From Minisyncoccota bacterium (GTDB lineage: Bacteria; Patescibacteriota; Minisyncoccia; Moranbacterales; UBA1568), in assembly GCA_051306005.1 (NCBI GenBank), contig JBPPMJ010000003.1, positions 97,764-161,763 on the forward strand: 64,000 bases of DNA, read 5' to 3'. A program made the position numbers and the translations under genes. Of the stretch, positions 28,355 to 37,121 are shown in pieces. Within the stretch, counting starts at the first letter, position 1. Each line of letters opens with the position of its first letter. Below the pieces are notes generated by a model. That model was given only the letters and a program-made list of their open reading frames with translations, made no database searches and was not told the DNA's origin.

Positions 28355-30628
28355 ATGGAACTTAAGAAATATCAGCAGTCAGCTCTAGATACTCTCAAAG
28401 AATACTTACAAGAGTATGAAAAAGTAGGTACCAAGTATGCTTTTATGGGTATTACGGGTCGTCCCTATATTGCTGATTTTTTCAGCGAGATTCCTTTTCT
28501 GTGTGTCAAAATTCCTACAGGAGGAGGAAAGACTCTCGTAGGATGTCACGCTGTCAGCGAAATAATGCGCTCTGTTCTTAAATATAAGATGGAACGAGGT
28601 GTCGTAATATGGTTCGTGCCCTCAGAAGCAATTAAGACCCAGACACTCAAAAAATTTAAAGATAGAAACGATTGGCACCGAAAAGTTTTGGATGAGGAAT
28701 TTGATAATAATATCAGGATCTTTTCTAACGAAGAGGCGCTACGTATTAGAAAAGAAGATGTAAAAGACAACCTGTGTATTATTATCTCTAGTCTTGAGGC
28801 GTTTCGAAAAGAGAAGAAGCTACAAAATAAATATAAAGTGTACCAGGAGAATGGTGCGCTTATAAGTCACTTTGAAAATCTTGAAGATCCTGATGGTCTT
28901 GAGAAAGACGAAGAGGGAACGATTATAAATTCCTTGGCTAATGTTGTTCGTATAAGTGAGCCGCTTATCGTTATCGATGAAGGACATAAGACCAAAACAG
29001 AACTCTCTATTAATTTTATTAAGGATCTTAATCCTAGTTTTATTATTGAATATACAGCGACTCCTCGAGACGGAAGCAATATTCTCGTAGATATCTCAGC
29101 TAGCGAACTTAAAGCTGAGGAAATGGTAAAAATTCCTATCGTTCTTGAGAGTTCATCGCAGTGGCAAAATTCTATTGCGAATGGTATTGATAAACGTAAT
29201 GAACTTGAGAAAGAAGGAAAGAAAAATAAAAGTGAATATATTCGCCCTATTGCTTTGATTCAAGCTCAGCCTAACAGTAAAACACAGGCTAATGTCACTG
29301 TTGAAGAAATTAAAGAATACTTACTTAGTTCAAAAATATCTGAAGACGAGATCGCTATCAAAACTTCTTTTAGGAATGATTTAGATGGGGTAGATCTCTT
29401 TAGTAAGAAATGTAAGATTCGTTACATTATTACTGTTAGTGCGTTGGCTGAAGGTTGGGATTGTTCTTTTGCCTATGTCCTTATTTCGGTTGCCAATGTT
29501 GGTGCAAAGATCGCTGTGGAGCAAATCATCGGACGTATTATTCGTATGCCCTATGCAAAGCGTAAGGTAAATGAAGCTTTGAATCGGTCATATATATTTG
29601 CTTCTGCAAAAAACTTTAACGAAGCGGCAACTAATATTATCTCCGGTCTTCAGAAAAACGGGTATAGCAAGCTGGATTTGATTGGTGCTTCTTCAGATGG
29701 AGAAACTGCTAAAGATCCGAAAGTAGTTAAACGTGTAGTAAATAAAGACTTTTTTGTTCCACTCGTGACTCTAGATAATGAAAAGATTACCTTCGAGGAA
29801 CTTATTGGAGAAGAATTCAAACTTGCTAAGCAGAACGCTGAGTTTGAATTCAAGACCCATTATGATAATGATGGGCGTGCACTTATTGATATCGAAGATG
29901 ATAATCAATGGCATAAAGGAAAACAGCAGGTATTGAATCTGATCTATAAAGATAAAAATCTTTCAAAAAATGAGCTAATCCAGTGGCTAGATAAGAGACT
30001 TCGCTTTACCATTTTAGGAAAACCAGACAAGGTGAAATTTATTGATAAAGCACTTGAACATCAATTAAAAACATCTTCTCTAGCCTCACTCTCAGTAAAT
30101 CGTTATATTCTGCTTAATAGATTGGGTGAAGTCATCCATAGTGTGCTTGAAGAATATGCTAAAAAGCAATTCGACCAATTAATGACAAAGAAGAAAATTT
30201 CGGTGAAGACTTTTGAAAGTTTTCCAGAGATCATTACTCTTAAGCAGGAAATTCCACAAGAATTCAATCGTAATTATTACGAGAAAATAGATAAGCTTAA
30301 TAAGGAAGAATTAAGCTTTGTAGAACGGCTTGACCCTGATACTTTACCGAATATTAAATTTTGGATACGTAGTCGAGAGAAGCAAGACCCATTCTTTATT
30401 CAAGGCTGGAGAAAGAACAAGTTTTATCCTGACTTTGTGGTGTTTACAAAAAAAGGAAATATTATTGCTCTTGAGTGGAAAGGGGAGGATAGAGTTAGTA
30501 ATGAGGATACAGCATACAAAGTCTCTATTGGTGATATGTGGTCCAAGCTTGGTAAAGGAAAACTTCATTTTTTCTTAGTTCACAATGGAAATGTTGAGGA
30601 GGTTTTGAATAGCCTTAAAGATTTATAG
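28355..30628 (+). CDS. res: Type III restriction enzyme (Res), SF2 helicase-nuclease
   Basis: Walker A KIPTGGGKT, DEGH box (VIDEGHK), helicase C-terminal motifs, and a C-terminal PD-(D/E)xK nuclease motif (YPDFVVF...IALEWKG). Confidence 0.85.
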   Translation: MELKKYQQSALDTLKEYLQEYEKVGTKYAFMGITGRPYIADFFSEIPFLCVKIPTGGGKTLVGCHAVSEIMRSVLKYKMERGVVIWFVPSEAIKTQTLKKFKDRNDWHRKVLDEEFDNNIRIFSNEEALRIRKEDVKDNLCIIISSLEAFRKEKKLQNKYKVYQENGALISHFENLEDPDGLEKDEEGTIINSLANVVRISEPLIVIDEGHKTKTELSINFIKDLNPSFIIEYTATPRDGSNILVDISASELKAEEMVKIPIVLESSSQWQNSIANGIDKRNELEKEGKKNKSEYIRPIALIQAQPNSKTQANVTVEEIKEYLLSSKISEDEIAIKTSFRNDLDGVDLFSKKCKIRYIITVSALAEGWDCSFAYVLISVANVGAKIAVEQIIGRIIRMPYAKRKVNEALNRSYIFASAKNFNEAATNIISGLQKNGYSKLDLIGASSDGETAKDPKVVKRVVNKDFFVPLVTLDNEKITFEELIGEEFKLAKQNAEFEFKTHYDNDGRALIDIEDDNQWHKGKQQVLNLIYKDKNLSKNELIQWLDKRLRFTILGKPDKVKFIDKALEHQLKTSSLASLSVNRYILLNRLGEVIHSVLEEYAKKQFDQLMTKKKISVKTFESFPEIITLKQEIPQEFNRNYYEKIDKLNKEELSFVERLDPDTLPNIKFWIRSREKQDPFFIQGWRKNKFYPDFVVFTKKGNIIALEWKGEDRVSNEDTAYKVSIGDMWSKLGKGKLHFFLVHNGNVEEVLNSLKDL

Positions 30629-30658
30629 CTGTTAATAATCTATCTAAGTATTTAAATA

Positions 30659-33118
30659 ATGAAAATTATAAGATCATTCTTATATTTTATACTTCCGCTT
30701 CTTGCAAAAGTTTACAAGAAGAAGAAATTTATATACGAAAGAGATAGAGAAGAAGGCAAGGTCGATAAGATTTTGCTTTTTCTTAACAAAATTTTTGGAT
30801 GGATCTATTTTAAATTCAAATGGTATTCAGAGGTTTTTCGATTCAAAAGATCTTCTGTCAGATCAAAAGTTAAAGAATATGGAGTTATTACAGAGATATT
30901 AGGAGCTTCAAAGGAACTTCTAATACTACTTATTTTAGGTTTTACTTTTTATTTGCTTGGAGATTGGTTTGTTAATTCAGTCTCAGCGTATCTCTCTAAT
31001 CTCAAGCTTCTTCAAGGAATTTCCTTAAAGATAGAGGCAGTGACTCTCCCCGAGACTGAGTTCATCCGGTTATTTTTAGAAATTTCAATTGGAGCTATTT
31101 CTGCAATTCTAGGAATAATTTTTGCGCTTTATGCAGTTGGCATTCAACTTAGTACTCAAAATTTTTCTTCTGAGGTATCTGAATATCTAAACTCAGAAGT
31201 TGCTACAAATGTTTATTTTAAACTACTAGTTTTCACTGATCTTTTGGCCATTTTTCTTTTATTGAGAAATGGCTTTTTCCCTTCATCTCAGATGATGTTT
31301 AGTTTTTTTGTGATATGCATTCTTGTTGGAGTTTGCGTATTGGGTATTGTTGTCTTCAAGCAACAATACCTTTTTATCCTTAAACCAAAATATCTTTTTG
31401 AGAGACTAAGTAAAGATATAAAAGATAGTATTATTGCTGCATCAGATTTAGGTTCATTCGAGCAAAAAAGTTGGAACATTATCCATCGTTTTCGTGACAG
31501 AACAAAAACAAGTTTAGAATTAATCGAAAGACTATTTGAGGACCTGATAGAGTCAAAGAAAACAAATGATTTAAAGTACGCACCTATTGTTTTGGGATAT
31601 GTTCTTTCTAGATACGTGGAGTCTAAGAGGTATATAAATAATGAGAAAGATTGGTGGTTTTATCACTCTCAGCAGCCAGCTAAATCTGAGGGGATGGCTG
31701 GATTTGCTCTAAAGAACAACTATGAAATTAGGGGAATGGGACCATTATTCGAAACAAGAACAAACTTTTCTTGGTTTGAGGATATGGTTTTCAGAATCTT
31801 AAAGAAGGTGCAGGAACATTCAAGTAAGGAGAATGATCTCTTAGGGTACGTCATTCAGGCTTATCAGAGAATACTGAGTAGAGAATTTTCTTATCCAGAA
31901 AGAAATAAGTTAAGAGGTGCGTATACTAACCAAGAATTTGTAGTTTATGAAAAGTTTTTCCCTAGTTTTCTTGAGCTAAGTAGTTCTTTAGAAGAAGAGG
32001 ATTTTATCGATTTTCTGAACGCATACTTTGCAATTGGACTGACTCTTATTGAGGGATCTAAGCATAAGAAGCTTAAGCGCGCGATTAGTTCATTTTATAA
32101 TAAGCTAGGAGGCAATAGAGAGCACTTTAAGGCAATTAATCTTCCCACCATTCAGTATGAAGAAATGCTCAATTATTGGGATATGATTGATCTTGAAAGA
32201 GAAACTGAGGGAAAAATTATAACCCCTCATGATTTCTTGGAAAAAGAAGTTATGTTATCAGTCAAGAACAAGGAAGAAAGAGTTTTTAAAAAGTATTTCA
32301 AAGAAATTCTTGAGCACCAGGACAAGTGGCTAAAAGAGCTAGTCGAAAAGAAAGATTATAGAAATTGTGCAGAACTTATAAAAATGCGTCTTATTTGGTT
32401 GGCACGGCTTTTTTATCTAAAGAAATCAGAAGTCACAGAGGAGTATGTGAGTCATATTAAGATACTTATTCTTTACGTAGGCTTAATTCCTAAAGATATT
32501 GTTGTTGAGTTGGATTTTCTAGAAAATTTAGAAAGACTGATTTTTCCCTGTATTTTGGAGAAAAGATTTAAGCTTCTATCGGAACTTTTGCCTCTACTCA
32601 TTATTATTCTTGCCACTCTCAATCAAGATGAAAAAGATACTGAAAAATTCATCCTCACAAATAGATTACTGGTTGTACTGGGAGGTTTCTTATATTTACA
32701 TTCTGAATTTGAAGAAGATAGAAAAGGTCTCATGATTTACTCCAAAATTTTAGAGGTAGCTTACAATCCAGACACTCTTGTTACATGGTTTGTTTCCATG
32801 AAAGACATAAAAGAAAAAGCAGGATTAGATATAACTATGAAGATTATTGAAAGAGAAACGTCTCGTTATCATCATTGGTACGGTAATATTCATCATCAAA
32901 TTTTTAACTTGCCAAAGAAATATGGAAATGTGCCACATTATTCTGGTCTACAAGAGATAGCAGATCATCCTAGTGAATTTATTTCTCAAATAAGTCACTA
33001 TCATGTAGATGCAGAAGATGAGAGTATCGAAAAATTTGTTGAATGGATGCAAAAAAGAAAAGCTGTTGAGAATTTAATTCTAACTTTAAGAAAAAGAAAG
33101 AATGAAAAGTCTAACTAA
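30659..33118 (+). CDS. Uncharacterised 819 aa protein: 4-5 N-terminal TM helices plus a large helical soluble domain
   Basis: Starts 31 nt after the res stop. Hydrophobic helices within residues ~80-240, then ~580 aa with no Walker, nuclease, HEPN or other motif I can recognise. Confidence 0.5.
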   Translation: MKIIRSFLYFILPLLAKVYKKKKFIYERDREEGKVDKILLFLNKIFGWIYFKFKWYSEVFRFKRSSVRSKVKEYGVITEILGASKELLILLILGFTFYLLGDWFVNSVSAYLSNLKLLQGISLKIEAVTLPETEFIRLFLEISIGAISAILGIIFALYAVGIQLSTQNFSSEVSEYLNSEVATNVYFKLLVFTDLLAIFLLLRNGFFPSSQMMFSFFVICILVGVCVLGIVVFKQQYLFILKPKYLFERLSKDIKDSIIAASDLGSFEQKSWNIIHRFRDRTKTSLELIERLFEDLIESKKTNDLKYAPIVLGYVLSRYVESKRYINNEKDWWFYHSQQPAKSEGMAGFALKNNYEIRGMGPLFETRTNFSWFEDMVFRILKKVQEHSSKENDLLGYVIQAYQRILSREFSYPERNKLRGAYTNQEFVVYEKFFPSFLELSSSLEEEDFIDFLNAYFAIGLTLIEGSKHKKLKRAISSFYNKLGGNREHFKAINLPTIQYEEMLNYWDMIDLERETEGKIITPHDFLEKEVMLSVKNKEERVFKKYFKEILEHQDKWLKELVEKKDYRNCAELIKMRLIWLARLFYLKKSEVTEEYVSHIKILILYVGLIPKDIVVELDFLENLERLIFPCILEKRFKLLSELLPLLIIILATLNQDEKDTEKFILTNRLLVVLGGFLYLHSEFEEDRKGLMIYSKILEVAYNPDTLVTWFVSMKDIKEKAGLDITMKIIERETSRYHHWYGNIHHQIFNLPKKYGNVPHYSGLQEIADHPSEFISQISHYHVDAEDESIEKFVEWMQKRKAVENLILTLRKRKNEKSN

Positions 33119-34193
33119 GTTTCAAAAAAGAAAGAGTCGTTCAATTGAAGATCCTTTTTTAAGTTACATAAAGGGATTTTCTGGATTGGATAATCTAGTG
33201 AGAGATATTACAGATCTGCATAAGGAAACATTCTATATTAGAAATTCTTTATTTCCTTTGCAGAGATCCTCTAGGAGTGTTGCATCTAATACGGAAGCAA
33301 CTTTCTATGTTGAGTGTGAGGATTCTGTAGTAAAAAATGATTTATCTAGCTACCTATTTGATAAGTACTCTAGGTATCGAGATAGTCTTTATGGAAATGG
33401 AGATGATCTGGGAAGTTTTTTTGGAACCTATGCTTCTGAGCTTATGATAAAAGGCATATTTTTTTCAGAAGTCGTATGGGATAGTATTGACATTGACGGA
33501 AGAACTTATATTTTACCAGTTGACTTTAGTTATATTCATCCCTCAACGATGGGATTCGTAAGAAAGAACAGTAAGATAGTCGGCTATAAGCAAGTTTATA
33601 GTATTATAACTAGCTTCTTAAGAAGAAAAGATTATTCATATAAAGATTTAATAAAGAATAGAAAAGTTACATTTTCCACAGATGAAATATTCTACGGCTG
33701 TTACCCGTTTTCTTTGCACTCTCCCACCAGGGAAAGTAAGAAACTTCTAAAGGCTGCTAACCGTTTTATGGAGTTCTCCCTAGATACTGCTACGGCAGGA
33801 GCCTACCCAGAGAACCATCAATTAAATATTGAAAGAGCTAAGTATAAATCAGTTAAATTGGAGAAGGTTAAGGCAACAGTAGCGAGAAGCAAAATAAGAA
33901 AAATATTTAACTATATACCTGAGGCAGGTGAGCTAAAGATTACAGAGTATTATGATATTTTTACTGTTATTAGATACAGAAAGTTTCTGAATAAGATGCG
34001 AGACTATATGATTAGTGAATTCAATAAACAAGTAATTAGTGAAATCTTAAGAAAGAATAATCTTTCAGTAAAGGCGACTCTAAAATACAAGGGTTTTCTT
34101 AATAATATTGAAATCAATAAAGCTTTCGATGCTTACAAGAACGGAAGTTTATCAAGCCAAGATCTTATAAAGGAAATAGTAGAGAAGCCTTAG
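33102..34193 (+). CDS. Uncharacterised 363 aa protein
   Basis: Overlaps the upstream gene by 17 nt (translational coupling). No recognisable motif. Confidence 0.45.
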   Translation: MKSLTKFQKRKSRSIEDPFLSYIKGFSGLDNLVRDITDLHKETFYIRNSLFPLQRSSRSVASNTEATFYVECEDSVVKNDLSSYLFDKYSRYRDSLYGNGDDLGSFFGTYASELMIKGIFFSEVVWDSIDIDGRTYILPVDFSYIHPSTMGFVRKNSKIVGYKQVYSIITSFLRRKDYSYKDLIKNRKVTFSTDEIFYGCYPFSLHSPTRESKKLLKAANRFMEFSLDTATAGAYPENHQLNIERAKYKSVKLEKVKATVARSKIRKIFNYIPEAGELKITEYYDIFTVIRYRKFLNKMRDYMISEFNKQVISEILRKNNLSVKATLKYKGFLNNIEINKAFDAYKNGSLSSQDLIKEIVEKP

Positions 34194-34198
34194 TTTCT

Positions 34199-35299
34199 AT
34201 GAACTTTCTAAAAGATAAATCCTATTACTCAGATCTCTATGACTCTTTTACTATAGAGGAATGTAAGCGTACAGAAAAAGGAATATCAGAAAAAGACCTT
34301 CCAAAATATAAAGGACATAAACTTACTACTGAGGAATGGGGTCGTTTAAGAATACCGTTTACGGAAGTGGGGTTGTATTTCCTTAAAGGAGAGCGTTATG
34401 CAAAGAAATTAGAAACCATTAGTAAGTGGCTAGAAGAAGATAGAAAAAAAGAAGAGAAATTTGATAATGCTAAAGAACCAAAAGGTATTCGTTGTCTTGG
34501 CTGTAGCTCTCTTCAGATGACCTGCATTTCTAAGGACTTCATGACTGATAAAGATAGTAACCAAGAAGAAGTCCTCTTTATGTTTGAGTGTGATGATTGT
34601 CACAAAAGGAGAGCTTTCTGGGAAAATGGAAAAGAATGGGAATATAGTCCGAAGTGTCCAAAATGCCAATCAAAGCTTGATAGAGAAACAACTCGTAATG
34701 GGGATTCTCTTGTTACCAAAGAAGTTTGTACGAATTGCGATTATAAAGATACAGATACTTTAGATCTTACTGTAAAAGAAGCAGTAGCGGAAAGGATTGA
34801 TCCAAACTTTGCTTCTGACCAGAGAAAGTATTGCCTTTCGGAGACAGAGGGAAATGAATATATCAGAGATAGGGATAGCATGAAGTACGTCTCAGACAAG
34901 CTCAAAGATAAAGAAGAAAATAAGGAGGTCTTTGAAGAGATAGAGAAAATAAAAAAGCTTACCATTATGGAGCTTCAAAACCTCCTCACTCCACTTATAG
35001 AAAAGGCAAACTACACTCAGTTTCTTTTTAAAAAACCTGTCATTGAAAAAGACGTTATTCTCTCCTTTAGCCTCCAAGATACCCAAACTGGCAGGACAAA
35101 TATGGAAGGTACCTCTGATCTCAAAAGACTCCTCAAAAAAGCCCTGGAGTCTACTAATTGGAGACTTATGAGTGAAGGCCTCACTTATCGCCTAGGATTC
35201 CTTCAGGGTCGCTTACGGGGCGTAGAAGGGGAGCAAGCTCTTCGTAAGTTAGCTGAAATGTCCTTAAAGAAAAAAGTTGCTTCAAAAATCTCTCATTAA
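34199..35299 (+). CDS. Uncharacterised 366 aa protein with multiple zinc ribbons plus a helical C-terminal domain
   Basis: Starts 5 nt after the previous stop. Four CxxC pairs (CLGC, CDDCH, CPKC, CTNC) in the N-terminal half. The C-terminal half is charged and helical. Confidence 0.45.
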   Translation: MNFLKDKSYYSDLYDSFTIEECKRTEKGISEKDLPKYKGHKLTTEEWGRLRIPFTEVGLYFLKGERYAKKLETISKWLEEDRKKEEKFDNAKEPKGIRCLGCSSLQMTCISKDFMTDKDSNQEEVLFMFECDDCHKRRAFWENGKEWEYSPKCPKCQSKLDRETTRNGDSLVTKEVCTNCDYKDTDTLDLTVKEAVAERIDPNFASDQRKYCLSETEGNEYIRDRDSMKYVSDKLKDKEENKEVFEEIEKIKKLTIMELQNLLTPLIEKANYTQFLFKKPVIEKDVILSFSLQDTQTGRTNMEGTSDLKRLLKKALESTNWRLMSEGLTYRLGFLQGRLRGVEGEQALRKLAEMSLKKKVASKISH

Positions 35300-35324
35300 G
35301 AATAAGTCGAATTAACAGAGGCTG

Positions 35325-36269
35325 TTATTTCGATCCCATGAGCTCAAGAAATTTCATAGGATCAATCGTGAGACCGTTTATACGAACGGAAAGATGGAGG
35401 TGGGGTCCGAGAGAGTATCCCGTATTTCCACTCAGAGCTATTAAGTCTCCTTTTTCTACACTCGTGCCTTTGGGTACTTTTGTTTCAGAAAGATGCATAT
35501 AGAAACTCATTAATCCTTTGCCATGATCAATAATTATGCTGTGTCCGTAATTCCTAAAAGTTCCCGCAAAAGCTACTGTACCAGAATTCATACTATAAAC
35601 AGGCGTTCCCTCAGATGCTCGAAAATCGGTACCTTGATGACTCAGACTTACAGAGCCTGTTTGTCTTTTGTAACCATAGACATCAGTAATAGTAGGGGTC
35701 CCATCAAGGGGCAGACGGAACTCTCCGCTCCAGAGCTTCGCTGGACCTGTGGTAGCAATCACAGAGTTAATAATGGCGGTGTCTTTGGCTAAACTATCTG
35801 TAAGAGTATGTTCTGCTTCAGGAGTGTTACCTCCAAGTTGTTCGGGAATATCAAAGTTTGATGTAGCAACGTCTCTTTGTCCCACGGTGATCTTCTCTTC
35901 GATTACCCGACCATCATTAAGGGTGAGCACCACCGGGTACACGCCAGGTTTTTTATGGAAATCAATACCAACGAGTCCTGCTAAGATTTCTTCATTAATA
36001 AATACCGGAATTGGCTCGCCATCAAAAGTAAGAGACTGGATGGCGGACAGAGAACCGAGTCCATTTATAGTAATTTTCACAGGCTCTCCTGGAATGACTT
36101 CCGTAGGGGCGATAGAAAGCGAGACTGGCGCTACTGGTACAGTGTCGACTTCTTCTTTCTGAGTAGTAGGCACCTTATTTTCTACCTCTGGCTGTTTTTT
36201 GAACTGTGGTACAAAAAAGTATGTAGCCAGTAAGAAAAGCGGAATGATGAGCCAGAGGAGTTTTTTCAT
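35325..36269 (-). CDS. M23 family metallopeptidase (LytM-like)
   Basis: M23 signatures HQGTDF...GHSIIIDHG...GNTGYSLGPHLHLSV, after an N-terminal signal/TM segment MKKLLWLIIPLFLL. Start placed at that Met. Confidence 0.8.
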   Translation of the reverse strand: MKKLLWLIIPLFLLATYFFVPQFKKQPEVENKVPTTQKEEVDTVPVAPVSLSIAPTEVIPGEPVKITINGLGSLSAIQSLTFDGEPIPVFINEEILAGLVGIDFHKKPGVYPVVLTLNDGRVIEEKITVGQRDVATSNFDIPEQLGGNTPEAEHTLTDSLAKDTAIINSVIATTGPAKLWSGEFRLPLDGTPTITDVYGYKRQTGSVSLSHQGTDFRASEGTPVYSMNSGTVAFAGTFRNYGHSIIIDHGKGLMSFYMHLSETKVPKGTSVEKGDLIALSGNTGYSLGPHLHLSVRINGLTIDPMKFLELMGSK

Positions 36270-36319
36270 AGAAAGAAAAGCAATGTATCTAATTTCTTTA
36301 TGGCTAGTATAACATGCTT

Positions 36320-36348
36320 TTGACAATACCCTAAGGGGGGTATATAAT
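36320..36348 (+). promoter_or_regulatory. Sigma70-type promoter with an embedded CsoR operator
   Basis: TTGACA-17 nt-TATAAT. The 17 nt spacer ATACCCTAAGGGGGGTA(T) is a GC palindrome closely resembling the Bacillus subtilis CsoR operator ATACCCTACGGGGGTAT. It lies 25 nt upstream of the csoR ATG. Confidence 0.6.
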
Positions 36349-36372
36349 AAAAGTACTTTATACAAACAATCT

Positions 36373-36636
36373 ATGAATACACAGAAGCAAAAACTCATTA
36401 GACGACTCAAGATTATCGAGGGCCAAGTGAGGGGTCTCCAAGAAATGATCAACAAAGATGCCTATTGCATAGATATCATTACTCAAACCTCAGCAGTCAA
36501 GCAGGCACTGACAGCCGTAGAAGATCAGCTCATGGAAGTTCATCTCACCACCTGTGTCACACGACAAATGAAATCAGGACAGGAAAAAAAGGCTCAGGAG
36601 GAAATTATGAAGGTGTATAAACTCAAACGTAAATAA
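36373..36636 (+). CDS. csoR: CsoR/RcnR-family metal-sensing transcriptional repressor
   Basis: 87 aa, LIRRLKIIEGQVRGLQEMI...CIDIITQTSAVKQAL...H; the DUF156 helical bundle pattern with Cys/His metal ligands. Confidence 0.8.
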   Translation: MNTQKQKLIRRLKIIEGQVRGLQEMINKDAYCIDIITQTSAVKQALTAVEDQLMEVHLTTCVTRQMKSGQEKKAQEEIMKVYKLKRK

Positions 36637-36654
36637 ATTTTTTAATATAATGTT

Positions 36655-37113
36655 ATGGAAAACCAGAAAATAATGTACGGTGTTGGCGGTTTGGTACTTG
36701 GAGGAATTCTTATGTTCTTGTTTGTAGGGAATGGGGTAGGAAAAGAAAGCTCTATGGATAGAGGGATGATGGAGAAGAAAACCGAAACAGCTATGGTTAA
36801 GGAAGATGTTGTTACTCATGATGGTATGTCTATGGAAGCTATGAATGACGCATTAAAGAATAAGACGGGTGATGAATTTGATAAAGCCTTCATTGAACTC
36901 ATGACCGAACATCACCAAGGGGCTATTGATATGGCTAACCTGATTGATACCCGTGCTAAGCACCAAGAAATAAAGACTCTCGGGCAAGGAATTATTGCTG
37001 CTCAGACAAAAGAAATAAAAGAAATGGCAGATTGGGCTAAGGCTTGGGGATACACGAATGATGACGCCATGATGATGAAAGATGACACTATGGGTCAGGG
37101 CATGATGCATTAA
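36655..37113 (+). CDS. DUF305 family protein (copper-resistance associated)
   Basis: TM anchor then [20 protein letters not shown]...[13 protein letters not shown], typical of the DUF305 four-helix-bundle family. Confidence 0.7.
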   Translation: MENQKIMYGVGGLVLGGILMFLFVGNGVGKESSMDRGMMEKKTETAMVKEDVVTHDGMSMEAMNDALKNKTGDEFDKAFIELMTEHHQGAIDMANLIDTRAKHQEIKTLGQGIIAAQTKEIKEMADWAKAWGYTNDDAMMMKDDTMGQGMMH

Positions 37114-37121
37114 GAGTTAGT

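Larger units (their letters stand above)
19284..36300. mobile_element. AT-rich horizontally acquired segment (phage/satellite-like plus restriction-modification island); right limit uncertain, alternatively 48906
   Basis: Starts directly 3' of tRNA-Ser. Contains a large serine recombinase, terminase small and large subunits, two DNA methyltransferases (one ParB-fused), a Type III R-M system and unknown genes. Visibly lower GC than flanking genes. A 14 bp direct repeat GACCCGAGAACCCT lies at 19284-19297 and 48893-48906. Confidence 0.5.
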
